A program made the translations under genes and the position numbers. DNA of 64,000 nucleotides from Eledone cirrhosa (Eukaryota), in the NCBI GenBank assembly GCA_964016885.1, contig OZ024741.1, positions 388,368,001-388,432,000 of the forward strand, read 5' to 3'. Positions 37,691 through 51,638 of this stretch are shown piece by piece. Under the pieces are notes generated by a model. That model searched no databases. It was not told the origin of the DNA and was given only the letters and a program-made list of their open reading frames with translations. Every line of letters begins with the position of its first letter. Within the stretch, counting starts at the first letter, position 1.

Positions 37691-40600
37691 ATCATCATCA
37701 TCATCATCATCATCATCATTTAACGTCCATCTTCCACGCTTGCATGGGTTTGGACGGGAGTTTTCCCACTTGAGGCAAGATTGGTTGTCCTGCTTGTATA
37801 GGACTGTCTGGCAGGTTTTCTACGGCTGGATGCCCTTCCTAACACCAACCACATTTACAGTGTGGACTGGGAGGTTTTTACCGTGTTGCCTATACGGCCA
37901 CATTACAGCGTGGACTGTGTGTTTTTTTGTCGTGACACCTACACGACCTCATTTGTTTCGGACTGGATGTTGTGGTACCAACATAACTTCACATTGAAGA
38001 GGGTGGTGTGGTGGGGTGGGGGTAGTGGGACGGGGGTGTATTTTGTTAGAGGTGCCTACTGACTGTAATAGGTTTCACTTTGTACTTAGGTAAAGCGGGT
38101 CTTCTGTATTACTGTGTAGCGCCAAAGATCTCGGTCCAGTGACATTGTCTTGGAGAGGTGTAAGTGTGTGAGGTCGGAATTTATCAAGTCGTCCCAGGTT
38201 TTTCTGGGTCTGCCTACTCCGTGACTACCGTCTATTTTATCACTCTGCACTTTTTTATACAGCTGTCGTCTTTCATCCGCATCACGTGACCGTACCAACG
38301 TTGTCTTCTCTCGAGTAAGCAACATCTGATTTCTCTTATTCCTAATTTCTCCCTTAGTTCGTTTATGCTTTGCCGTTCACGTATATTACTATTACACATC
38401 CAGTGGAGCATGCAAGCTTCCTTCCTCTCCACTCTGCGTATATCCTCTGCACACAATGCCAAGGTCTCACTGCCATATAACATTGCTGTTCGTATGCAGG
38501 CATCATACAGCCTGCCTTTCATTTTTAGAGAGAACCCTTTAGCGGACAATAATGGTATAAGCTCTCTGAACTTTTTCCATCCCATTCTGACTCTAGCTAC
38601 TGTACTTTCAGAGCACCCTCCCCCACTGCTGATTTTGTCACCCAGGTAACGGAAGCTGTCCACTATTTCTATAGAACCATCTGTGCAGTGGAATGAGCTA
38701 GTATTCTGTGGGCACTTGCTGCTACTTATTGCACCAGAGCACCGGCCACATATAAAATCTATATGCTTAGTTAGCTTACCTGTGATCCCACTACATCTTT
38801 TATGCACCCATACTTTGCATTTGGGACATAAAATGGAGTTTCTGCCTACTCCTTTCCTACACACTGAACATGGCCATTTCCCAGATGAGACCGGTGCCCT
38901 ATTTTCCTTCCTACAAACTAGAACTTTAGTCTTAGACAAGTTAACTTTAAGGTCTTTTGATTCTAGGCCATGCTTCCATGTTTGGAATTTCTTCTCTAGT
39001 TCAGCCATTGATTCAGCTATGAGCGTTAGATCATCTGCATATAGGAGTTCCCATGGGCAGCCAGTCTTGAACTCCTCTGTTATAGCCTGAAAGGCAATAA
39101 TAAATAGTAGGGGGCTAAGAACAGAGCCCTGATGAACACCAACTTTCACGCTAAACTCTTCACTATATTCGTTGTTAATTCTAACCTTGCTGACTGTTTC
39201 TTTATACATGGCTTGTATAGCTCTCACAAGCCATTCATCAACACCTAGTTTTCTAAGAGTCCACCAGATAATGGAGCGGGGGACTCTGTCAAAGGCTTTC
39301 TCCAAGTCAACAAAAGCTAAGTATAGGGGTTTACTTTTAGCTAGGTACTTCTCCTGTAGTTGTCGTACAATGAAAAGAGCGTCTGTGGTACTTTTACCTG
39401 ACACAAAACCGAACTGCATTTCATCTAGATCAATTCGCTCTCTGATTAGTTGCGCTATTACTTTTTCTGTGACCTTCATGACCTGGTCGATTAATTTAAT
39501 GCCTCTATAGTTACCCCTATCTAGGGCATCTCCTTTACCCTTGTAGCAGTTAATGAAGATGCTGCTACGCCAGTCCTTCGGAACGGCCCCATTCTGTATG
39601 ACTTGGTTTACTATCCGGGTGACCATAGTGTGTCCCACCGTTCCAGAAGCTTTCAGCATTTCAGCAACTATTACCGAAGGCCCAGCCGCCTTACCCGTCT
39701 TCATATCTTTGGTTGCTTTACTTATTATACTACCTTCAACTAGTACTGCTGGTCCCTCTATTGGATCGATGTTGGGGAGACTGTCTTTCTCCCATTTATT
39801 CTCCTCATTTAGTAGCCTTTCGTAGTGACACTTCCAAGCTACCTTCTTATCAGCATCAGTGATGGCAAGTACACCATCATCATTAAGGACACACTTCTCC
39901 CCGACAATATCACGGTTTTCCTTGGCACATTGCCTAGCAATCCTGAATACCTCACGTTTTTGGTCCTCGCGTTGTAGAACATGCTTGAACTTTCTTTCCT
40001 CTGCTTCCCATCTTGCGAAGTACACTTGTCTCCTAGCTTCCCTCCTGGCCACTTGATAGTCTTCTGTACTTCCCCCATCCAGCCATACTTTCCAAGCCTG
40101 CTTTTTGGCCTTAATTGACTCCTCCACCTTACTGTTCCACCACCACGCTACTCTCCTCCTGCCTATAGGCCTGCTCCAGCCACAGACTGCCTTCAGCAGG
40201 TTAGCTTTCAGGAATTCCCACTGTTCCTCTATATTGTACGACTCTAATTGCTCTTCCTTAATGTCAAAAGCATCAAGTAGTATGCTTTTAAATTTATTAC
40301 TGGCTGTGGGGTCCTTTAGCTTCCATATTTTTCTCCTGAGGATAGTCCCCCTCTGTTGTCGAGTACGTCTTGACCTGACTATGAGGTTACTGACTATGAG
40401 TCTATGTTGGGAGGTGCATTCTTCATGGGGGAGGGATTTAGTGTTTACAACAGACACTCTATCACGTCTTCTGGTAAAGATATAATCTATCTGACTGGCG
40501 TGTTCCCCTGATCTATAGGTGATCAAGTGATTGTCTCGTTTTTTGAAGTTAGTGTTACAGATAGTTAGGTTATTTGCGTCACAGAATTCCAGAGCCTTCC

Positions 40601-40792
40601 TCATTTCTAGTAACAAACCCATAGCCTCCATGGATTCTGTCATAGCCATCACAATGTTGTCCAACGTGACCATTTAGGTCACCAGCAATAATTATGTAGT
40701 CACTGTCGGTTATTTGGGAGCTAGTGAGCATCAGTGTCTCATAGAATCTGTCTTTTATAGCGCCAGGTAGTCCGGATTGGGGTGCATACGCA
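37691..40792 (-). mobile_element. RTE LINE family A variant, 5' truncated within APE
   Basis: ORF 38232-40673 plus AYAPQ/GDLN fragment at 40579-40830; (GAT)n tail. Confidence 0.95.
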
Positions 40793-40830
40793 GTAGTTCT
40801 ATTTGTCACAGTAGTTCTACACACACACAT

Positions 40831-43793
40831 AATCCATGGAGGCTATGGGTTTGGTACTAGAAATGAGGAAGGCTCCAGAATCCTGGAATTCTGTGATGCA
40901 AATAACCTAACTATCTGTAACACTAACTTCAAAAAACGTGACAATCACCTGATCACCTATAGATCCGGGGAACACACAAGCCAGGTAGATTATATCCTTA
41001 CCAGAAGACGTGACAGAGTGTCTGTTGTAAACACTAAATCCCTCCCCCATGAAGAATGCACCTCCCAACATAGACTGATAATTTGCGACCTCATAGTCAG
41101 GACGAGACGTACTCGACAGCAGAAGAGGACTGTCCTCAGGAGAAAAATATGGAAGCTAAAGGACCCCACAGCCAGGAATAAATTTCAAAGCATATTACTT
41201 GATGCTTTCGACAGTAAGGAAGAACATTTAGAGTCGGACAATATAGAGGGAGAGTGGGAATTTCTGAAAGCAAACCTGCTGTTGGCGACAGACGAAGTCT
41301 GTGGCTGGAGCAGGCCTGTAGGCAGGAGGAGAGTAACATGGTGGTGGAACAGTAAGGTGGAGGGGTCAATTAAGGCCAAAAAGCAGGCTTGGAAAGTATG
41401 GCGGGATGGGGGAAGTAGAGAAGACTATCAAGTGGCCAGGAGGGAAGCTAGGAGAGAAGTGTACTTAGCAAGAAGGGAAGCTGAGGAAAGAAAGTTCAAG
41501 CATGTTCTACAACGCGATGACCAAAAACGTGAGGTGTTCAGGATTGCTAGGCAATGCGTCAAGGAAAACCGTGATATTGTCGGGGAGAAGTGTGTACTAA
41601 ACGACGATGGCACACTTGCCATCACCGACGCTGATAAGAAGGTAGCTTGGAAGTGTCACTATGAAAGGCTACTAAATGAGGAGAATAAATGGGAGAAAGA
41701 CAGTCTCCCCCATATCGACCCAATAGAGGGACCAGCAGTGTTAGTCGAGGGGAGTATAATAAGTAAGGCAATCAAGGATATGAAGACGGGTAAGGCGGCT
41801 GGGCCTTCGGAAATAGTTGCTGAGATGCTGAAGGCATCTGGCACGGTGGGACACACCATGGTCACCCGCATAGTTAACCAAGTCGTACAGAATGGGGTTG
41901 TCCCGAAGGACTGGCATAGCAGCATCATCGTTAACTGTTATAAGGGTAAAGGAGACGCCCTAGATAGGAGTAACTATAGAGGCATTAAATTAATCGACCA
42001 GGTCATGAAGGTCTCGGAAAAAGTAATAGCGCAACTAATCAGAGAGAGAATTGACCTAGATGAAATGCAGTTCGGGTTTGTGTCAGGCAAAAGTACCACA
42101 GACGCTCTTTTCATAGTACGACAACTACAGGAGAAGTACCTAGCTAAAGGTAAACCCCTCTACTTAGCTTTTGTCGACTTGGAGAAAGCCTTCAACAGAG
42201 TCCCCCACTCCATTATCTGGTGGGCTCTTAGAAAACTAGGCGTTGACGAATGGCTTGTGAGGGCTATACAAGCCATGTATAAAGAAACAGTCAGCAAGGT
42301 TAGAATTAACAACGAATATAGTGAAGAGTTTAGCGTAAAAGTTGGCGTCCATCAGGGCTCTGTTCTCAGCCCCCTACTATTTATTATTGCCCTTCAGGCT
42401 ATAACAGAGGAGTTCAAGACAGGCTGCCCATGGGAACTCCTATACGCAGACGACCTGACACTCATAGCGGAATCAATGGCCGAGCTAGAGAAGAAATTCC
42501 AAACATGGAAGCACGGCCTAGAGTCAAAAGGACTTAAAATTAATCTGGCTAAGACCAAAGTTCTAGTTTGTAGGAAAGAAAACAAGGCGGCGGTCCCTTC
42601 TGGGAAATGGTCGTGCTCGGTGTGTAGGAAAGGCGTAGGTAGAAACTCCATTTTATGTCCTAAATGCAAAGTATGGGTGCATAAAAGATGTAGTGGGATC
42701 ACAGGTAAGCTAACTAAGAACATAGATTTTACATGTGGCCGGTGTTCTGGTGCAATAAGTAGCAGCAAGTGCCCACAAAATACTAGCTCTTTCAATTGCG
42801 CAGAGGGTTCTATAGAAATAGTGGACAGCTTCCGTTACCTGGGCGATAAAATCAGCAGTGGGGGAGGGTGCTCTGAAAGTACTGTAGCTAGAGTCAGAAC
42901 TGGTTGGAAAAAGTTCAGAGAGCTTATACCACTATTAGCTGCTAAAGGGTTCTCCCTAAAAATGAAAGGCAGGTTGTACGATGCCTGCATACGAACAGCA
43001 ATGCTGCATGGCAGTGAGACCTGGGCATTGTGTGCAGAGGATATACGCAGACTAGAGAGGAACGAAGCTTGCATGCTCCGCTGGATGTGTAACAGTAATA
43101 TACGTGAACGGCAAAGCATAAACGAACTAAGGAAAAAATTAGAGATAAGAGGGATCAGATGTTGTTTACTCGAGAGAAGGCTATGTTGGTATGGACACGT
43201 GATGCGCATGAAAGTCGATAGCTGTATAACAAAGTGCAGGGCAATAAAGATAGACGGTAGTCACGGAATAGGCAGACCTAGAAAAACCTGGGACGAGCTG
43301 ATAAACTCCGACATCACACACTTACACCTCTCCAAGACAATGTCACTGGACCGAGACCTTTGGCGGTACTCAGTAACAGAGAAGACCCGCCTTACCTAAA
43401 TATATAGTAAAACCTACTCCAGCCAGTAGGCATCTCTAACAAAATACACCCCGTCCCACCACCATCACCCCCACCCCATCCACACCACCCCGTTCTATGT
43501 AAAGTTATGTTGGTGCCGCGCCATCCAGGCCGAAACAAATGAGATCGTGTAGGTGTCACGACAAAAAAACACACAGTCCACGCTGTAATGTGGCCGTGTA
43601 GGCAACACGGTAAAAACCTCCCAGACCCACACTGTAAATGTGGTTGGTGTTAGGAAGGGCATCCAACTGTAGAAAACCTGCCAGACAGTCCTATGCGAGC
43701 AAGACAATAACTCTTGCCTCAAGTGGGACTACCCCCGTCCAAACCCATGCAAGCGTGGAACACGGACGTTAAACGTTGATGATGATGATGATG

Positions 43794-43795
<2 letters not shown>
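40831..43795 (+). mobile_element. RTE LINE family A, 5' truncated
   Basis: ORF 41018-43399 (793 aa); nearly identical to 23430-26207. Confidence 0.95.
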
Positions 43796-43832
<37 letters not shown>

Positions 43833-44069
43833 CCTTTGTACTATACATAGAGCAGACTTCTTTCCTTTACATTTTCTACGGAAACACACACACACATATA
43901 TATATATCATCATTCAACAACTGTTTTCCATTAATAATACCACTGCTGAACATGCCATTGGCTCACTTGAGTTATTTCCCTCAGTTCGTTTTTCATCTTT
44001 GAATTAATTCATATATATATATATATATATATATATCATCATCATCATCATCAGCATCATATATATATA

Positions 44070-44100
<31 letters not shown>

Positions 44101-44101
44101 A

Positions 44102-44209
<108 letters not shown>

Positions 44210-44639
44210 TATATATATGAATATATATATGAATGTGTATATCAAGATGACTGTATATATATGCATGTGTTTACATATGTTTGTGTTTCTGTGATTGTAA
44301 CATTATTCTGTTGATGTGCACCCCTACTGATGCATCAATAACAGTCCACATTGATTAATGTATGTGCTATGCATCCAGCCATGCACAGGTGCATATATAC
44401 ATATTAACATATGCACATATGCATGTGATGCTCTGTAGACACAGCTTCTTGTCTGTAGTTTGTATTCTGTGCAAGTAGTACAGTGTTTTAGTTTCACTTT
44501 TTTTGTCTTCTTGCTTTATGTATGTATGTATGTATGTATGTATGTATGTATGTATGTATGTGTGTATGTATGTGTGTATGTATGTATGTGTGTATGTATA
44601 TGTATATATATATATATTTTTTTAAAATATATATATGTA

Positions 44640-44710
<71 letters not shown>

Positions 44711-44859
44711 GTGTGTGTGTGTATATCCCTATATACATATATATATATATATCCATATCTTACTTATATGTGTATGTTTGTATATATATATATATATATC
44801 TATATATATGTGTGTGTGTGTGTGTATATATCCCTATATACATATATATATATATATAT

Positions 44860-45058
44860 ATAGGAAAAAGTATGACCCCGACGGCAGAGCTCAAGCCGTT
44901 TCGGCGGCTTTTTCTTTCCCTATCCAGAATTAGCCGTCGAAACGGCTTGAGCTCTGCCGTCGGGGTCATACTTTTTCCTATTTCCCACTCTACTACCCTA
45001 AGTATTGAGTACTCTGGTGTGTTATGGTCCATCTGGTTCCTTACCACAATTCCTTTGT
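44860..45058. mobile_element. Fold-back element, about 50-bp arms plus extension, in (TA)n
   Basis: Arms 44860-44909 and 44932-44981; arms start just before GAAAC. Confidence 0.85.
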
Positions 45059-45674
45059 TATATATATATATATCCATATCTTACTTATATGTGTATGTTT
45101 GTATATATATATATGTGTGTGTGTGTGTGTGCACGCGTGTCTGTATTTGGAAACATGCGTTTGTGTATGTATTTGTGCATGTGTGAGATTGTGTCTGTGT
45201 GTCTGTGTGTCTGTGTGTCTGTGTGTCTGTGTGTGTGTGTGTGTGTAAATCTTTGCTTCTCTTTACAAAGGAAGTAGAAACTGAGAGTAGAGAAGGAAAG
45301 AAGGAAAGAAGGAAAGAAGGAAGAGAGTGAAAGGGAGGGAGAGTATGTGCAGTGGAGATGGTGAGAGTATAGAAGAGGAAGAATGGAAGGGAGAGTAATT
45401 TAAGGAGAGTGTGGGGAAGAGGGGATGAAGTTTAAGGAGAGATTAGACTAGATATAACTGATGAGGAGGGAGGTGAGAGGAGGAAACAGGAGAAAGAAAA
45501 GGAGGAAGTGAGACAGGAAGTAAATGGTGAGATAGAGAATGGAAAAATAGAGAGAGAATGTGAAATACTAGAATGGAAATATGGACATAAAAGGATGATA
45601 GAATGATGATGATGATACATAGATATATATATATACATGTACACACACAAACACACACGTATATATATATATAT

Positions 45675-46475
45675 ATGTTCTTCTGGTTTTATAATTTCCC
45701 AAACTTTTCCCAATAGAGAGAGAGTCGGTTTCTAACATAGACACAAGACTCTCTCATTGGAATTTACACAACATCAACTAGGCAGATATGTATGTATGCA
45801 TGTGTAGATATGGATGTTATTGTATGTGTGGATGTGTATGTTTTGAGTTGTATGTGTGCATGTGTATATGTTTTGTATCTGTACATGTGTATATGCAGTT
45901 ATTAGATGTAAAATGTTTGGAATGTTTTACATATTTTTACTGTTCCATTAATCGATTGTACTTGTAATTTCCTAACTTGTTGTGTTCTTTCTGTTTCTGT
46001 GAAGCCCAGCTTCTCAAGATTTGTATTGAGGCAGTTACTAACATATCCCAGTGCCCCAATAACCACAGGCATACATCTGAAGGTGTAATCAGGGTGGAGT
46101 ATCTGCAGATATCTCATCAGTTCTGCATAAATATTCTCCTTTTCACTAATCTTTGATATTATATTGGCATCTGCTGGGCAGCTAACTTCCACTACTGTGC
46201 ATGCTTTCTTCTCCCTGTCCCATTTCATAATATCTGGTCTGTTATGCCTGCATTTTATTGGGGTTTTTACTGGAACATTCCACCAGTACTCTTTCATATT
46301 ATGTACATGGATCTCTTCCACATTGTTGTAGCTTTTAATGTGTTTATTATCGGGGCTATCTTTTTTACGAACTGCATTGTACAGTGTTTTGGCCACTACA
46401 TCATGCCTCATAGGTAGATAGTACTATGATGACATCTTTGGACAGCTGCTGATGACATGGGTGATATCCTCGATG
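45675..46475 (-). mobile_element. R4/Dong-like 3' end (zinc knuckle remnant + restriction-like endonuclease)
   Basis: HVISSCP, RHDVVAK, HNRPDIMKWD..VEVSCP. Confidence 0.85.
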
Positions 46476-46515
46476 TTATGTATGTATGTATGTATGTATG
46501 TATGTATGTATGTAT

Positions 46516-47868
46516 GTCATCATCATCATCATCATCATCATCGTTTAACGTCCATATTCCACGCTCGCATGGGTTTGGACGGGAGTTTTCCCACTTGAGG
46601 CAAGAGTGGTTGTCTTGCTCACATAGGACTGTTTGGCGGGTTTTCTACGGCTGGAGCCCTTCCTAACACCAACCACATTTACAGTGTGGAACTGGGAGGT
46701 TTTTACCGTGTTACCTACACGGCCACATTACAGCGTGGACTGTGTGTTTTTTTGTTGTGACACCTACACGACCTCATTTGTTTCGGGCTGGATGTTGTGG
46801 TACCAACATAACTTCACATTTAAGGGGGTGGTGTGGATGGGGTGGGAGTAGTGGGACGGGGGTGTATTTTGTTAGAGGTGCCTACTGACTGTAGTAGGTT
46901 TCACTTTGCACTTAGGTAAGGCGGGTCTTCTCTATTACTGTGTAGTGCCAAAGATCTTGGTCCAGTGACATTGTCTTGGAGAGGTGTAAGTGTGTGAGGT
47001 CGGAATTTATCAAGTCGTCCCAGGTTTTTCTGGGTCTGCCTACTCCGTGGCTACTGTCTATTTTTATTGCCCTGCACTTTTTTATACAGCTGTCGTCTTT
47101 CATGCGCATCACGTGACCGTACCAACGTAGTCTTCTCTCGAGTAAACAACATCTGATCCCTCTTATTCCTAATTTCTCCCTTAGTTCATTTATGCGTTGC
47201 CATTCACGTATATTACTATTACACATCCAGCAGAGCATGCAAGCTTCGTTTCTCTCCAGTCTGCATATATCCTCTGCACACAATGCCCAGGTCTCACTGC
47301 CATGTAACATTGCTGTTCGTATGCAGGCATCATACAGCCTGCCTTTCATTTTTAGAGAGAACCCTTTAGCGGCCAATAGTGGTATAAGCTCTCTGAACTT
47401 TTTCCATCCCGTTCTGACTCTAGCTACTGTACTTTCAGAGCACCCTCCCCCACTGCTGATTTTGTCACCCAAGAAACGGAAGGTGTCCACTATTTCTATA
47501 GAACCATCTGTGCAATGGAATGAGCTAGTATTCTGTGGGCACTTGCTACTACTTATTGTACCAGAGCACCGGCCACATATAAAATCTATATTCTTAGTTA
47601 GCTTACCTGTGATCCCACTACATCTTTTATGTACCCATACTTTGCATTTGGGACATAAAATGGAGTTTCTACCTACTCCTTTCCTACACACTGAGCATGG
47701 CCATTTCCCAGATGGGACCGGTGCCCTATTTTCCTTCCTACAAACTAGAACTTTAGTCTTAGACAAGTTAACTTTAAGGCCTTTTGATTCTAGGCCATGC
47801 TTCCATGTTTAGAATTTCTTCTCTAGTTCAGTCATTGATTCAGCTATGAGCATTAGATCATCTGCATA
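46516..47868 (-). mobile_element. RTE LINE family A 3' fragment
   Basis: ORF 46912-47766; (GAT)n tail. Confidence 0.92.
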
Positions 47869-47876
47869 TATGTATG

Positions 47877-47911
<35 letters not shown>

Positions 47912-47912
<1 letters not shown>

Positions 47913-48483
47913 TGTCTCATGGTCGGGTCGTTGGCGACTAAACTGGCAACCCCACCAAGGTTTCTTGGTGAGGAGGGTGACTTTGGACATCCTGCAGGAC
48001 TAAAAACAAAACCTGTCAAAGGGCAAAGGAGCTCTTAAGAGTCAATGGCCATGCAAAATCACTGGGAGAGATGACCCCTTAGCCTTTGTCAAGGCAGAAT
48101 TCTAGGAGAAGGAAAACTCTGATATAACACCTGCAACCCTGATGGTATCCACTGATGTTGACTTGTTCTTCTTTTTGGTAAATATCATCTTGGTTAAGAG
48201 AGTGGGACTGGCTTTGTGCAGTGCCTTTGCTCACTATAAAGGCTTCACGGCACAGGCATTGCTTTGTATCTGGAGATCTCTCTGCACTTGCCGTCACATG
48301 GTACCATGGGCCCAGCACTATGTGTCAATGATTGTCACAAGTGTAGTGTTTGTACCAGAGTTTTCAAGTCGCTGGCTGGACTAAAAAGTCACGCTCGTTC
48401 AGCGCATCGGTAGGGGTTCTCCTACATGGATATAAAGTAGTGGCCGTACTCGAGAGCGAGTTGGCAGCCACCATGTATATATA

Positions 48484-48519
<36 letters not shown>

Positions 48520-49378
48520 TGTATGTGTATGTATGTATGTATATATATGTATGTATATGTGTATATGTATGTATATGTGTATGTATGTATATGTATATAT
48601 GTATGTATGTATGTATGTGTATGTATGTGTGTATGTATATATGTATGTATGTATATGTGTATATGTATGTATGTGTATGTATGTATGTGTATGTATATAT
48701 ATATATGTATGTATGTGTATGTATGTATATGTATGTATATGTATCTATGTATATATGTATGTGTATGTATATATGTATGTATGTATATGTGTGCTACTGG
48801 TAACATGTATCCCAGTACAACCTGTCTCATGGTCGGGTCGTTGGCGACTAAACTGGCAACCCCACTAAGGTTTCTTGGTGAGGAGGGTGACTTTGGACAT
48901 CCTAGAGGACTAAAAATAAAACCTGTCAAAGGGCAGAGAAGCTCTTAAGAGTCAATGGCCATCCAAAATCACCGGGAGAGATGACCCCTTAGCCTTTGTC
49001 AAGGCAGAATTCTAGGAGAAGGAGAACTCTGATATAACACCTGCAACCCTGATGGTATCCAATGATGTTGACTTGTTCTTCTTTTTGGTAAATATCATCT
49101 TGGTTAAGAGAGTGGGACTGGCTTTGTTCAGTGCCTTTGCTCACTATAAAAGCTTCACGGCACAGGCATTGCTTTGTATCTGGAGATCTCTCTGCACTTG
49201 TCGTCACATGGTACCATGTACACTATGTGTCAATAATTGTCACAAGTGTAGTGTTTGTGCCAGAGTTTTCAAGTCGCTGGCTGGACTAAAAAGTCACACT
49301 CGTTCAGCGCATCGGTAGGGGTTCTCCTACATGGATATAAAGTAGTGGCCGTATTCGAAAACGAGTTGGCAGCCACCA
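47912..49378 (+). mobile_element. Two tandem copies of an internally deleted RTE-like element with (ATGT)n tails
   Basis: Units at about 47912-48472 and 48790-49378; 3' part encodes C2H2-like CSVCARVFKSLAGLKSHTRSAH; terminal hairpin ctcgagagcgag before the tail. Confidence 0.65.
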
Positions 49379-49565
49379 TGTATGTATGTATGTATATATA
49401 TGTATGTGTGTATGTATGTATGTATGTATGTATATATATGTATGTGTGTATGTATGTAAGCAAGCTGCAGGACCCCAGAAATCTGAGAAGTCAGTAGCTC
49501 TGCTTGAGTACTGACATGTCCAACCCTTGGTAGCAGGGCCAATGGACATTAAATGATAATAAATG

Positions 49566-49591
<26 letters not shown>

Positions 49592-49596
<5 letters not shown>

Positions 49597-50190
49597 GAAG
49601 AGAGAAGAAACATTTAGATATAATTAGTAATAAAATGTATCATACCTAAACTGTTCCTAAATTCCTCGACTACGTAGTTTCGTGACAACTGGAAAGCTTC
49701 CATTACTCATACTTCTCGCCTTCTTCACTACCTCTTCTACGGCCTCGATATGAATACCCCCTCCGCCTCCGTGGTATTTTTTTCGTGGTTATAAGAGGCT
49801 TAGCTCTGTTTCTCGACCGTTATATCGCGTGACTATCTCCCCCTCCGCCTTTTGGGATTCTTTCTCACGTCGTGTAGACGCGTTCTTGAGACTAGTAAAA
49901 TGAGGTATCCTCTTGATAAGTCGGCAGACCTCGCAAGGACTCTATGTCTTTGATATATTGTTTTTGTTTATGCCACGAAACTACGTAGTCGAGGAATTTA
50001 GGAACAGTTTAGGTATGATACATTTTATTACTAATTATATCTAAATGTTTCTTCTCTCTTCATAATGTATTTTTAACTCTGATACTGGTTCAGTCTGGTT
50101 CAAACTGAATTGGTCTGTCCCAGTCATTCATTGAGCAACATCGGTGAAGTTGGCACCCTTAACTCACAGTTGGGTGCGGATGCATTCATG
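49592..50190. mobile_element. Fold-back element, about 93-bp arms, with variant hammerhead
   Basis: Arms 49592-49684 and 49974-50066; extension to about 50190. Confidence 0.85.
49908..49995 (+). ncRNA. Type I hammerhead, U3-A8 core variant
   Basis: tcctc-TTGATAA-gtcggca...tgccac-GAAA-ctacgtag-TC-gagga. Confidence 0.7.
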
Positions 50191-50229
50191 TATATATGTG
50201 TGCGTCCGCATGTATCTGTGTGTTTCTAA

Positions 50230-50331
<102 letters not shown>

Positions 50332-50468
50332 ATATATATATATATATATATATATTGATATATATATATATATATATATATACATGTTTCTGCTAGACAC
50401 CGGTGGGTGGTGGCTGCTAGTGTTTTTCATAGCTATGGCTTTCTAAATGTTTATATATAAACATACCA

Positions 50469-50690
50469 CAACATTCAGTCCACGCTGTAATGTGGCAGTC
50501 TAAGTAACATGGTAAAAACCTCCCAGTCCACACTAAACATGGTTGGTGTTAGGAAGGGCATCCAGGCTTAGAAAACCTGCCAGACAGTCCTATACGAGTA
50601 AGACAGCCAATCTTGCCTCATGTGGGACAATTCCCGTCTAACCCATGCTAGCGTGGAAGATAGACGTTAAACGATGATGATGATGATGAT
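50469..50690 (+). mobile_element. RTE 3' UTR fragment inserted in a pLTR-like repeat
   Basis: (GAT)n tail; flanked by atacc; host repeat matches 57100-57200 on the opposite strand. Confidence 0.7.
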
Positions 50691-50852
50691 ACCGTATTTC
50701 TTTAGAAATAAAAATTCAAATACATCATCATCCTCTTCGTTTAACGTCCATTTTCGACGCTAGCATGGGTTAGACGGGAGTCTAGGCTGGTCTGGGCAAG
50801 GCTGGTCAGGTGACCGTGTCTTGCTCATATAGGACATATATATACATATTTT

Positions 50853-50896
<44 letters not shown>

Positions 50897-50898
50897 TG

Positions 50899-50931
<33 letters not shown>

Positions 50932-50996
50932 ATATATATATGTATATATATATATATATATACACACATATATATATGTGTGTGTGTGTGTGTGTA

Positions 50997-51042
<46 letters not shown>

Positions 51043-51159
51043 AAGAGAGTGACAAAGTCAGGTTGTGTATGTACTAGCATTAGAGAAATAGAGAGATATA
51101 TATTTAGAAAAAATAATGGAGAGATAGAGAGGAAGAGAGAGAGAGAGAGATAGATAGAT

Positions 51160-51218
<59 letters not shown>

Positions 51219-51597
51219 AAAAGAAAAAGAAGTCAGATTAGTGAGTGAGTAAAAGAAGAGAGTGGCTGAGCATCCATTAATGGCTGAAATGATGTGCTGT
51301 GTTGAATGATGTTTGTTGTAAGTAATGGTTGTAAGATAACTACATAGTTGAATACAAATGGAGTGGGCTTCTCTTACACAGACTGGATTTCATGGCATGC
51401 TTCATCCAAGCGAAATAATGGCTATCCGTTACTGCCAATCCGAAGTCACTACTGTGTGTGGTGTGCACTTGTATGTGTAGGTGTTGTCTGTCTCTGTGTA
51501 TATGTGTATGCCTATGTGTGTATGTGTGCGTAAAGTATTTTGGAACAATGCCAAAAATGCAAGCTCAAAATGTAAAGCTGATGCCCTAATACACACA

Positions 51598-51638
<41 letters not shown>

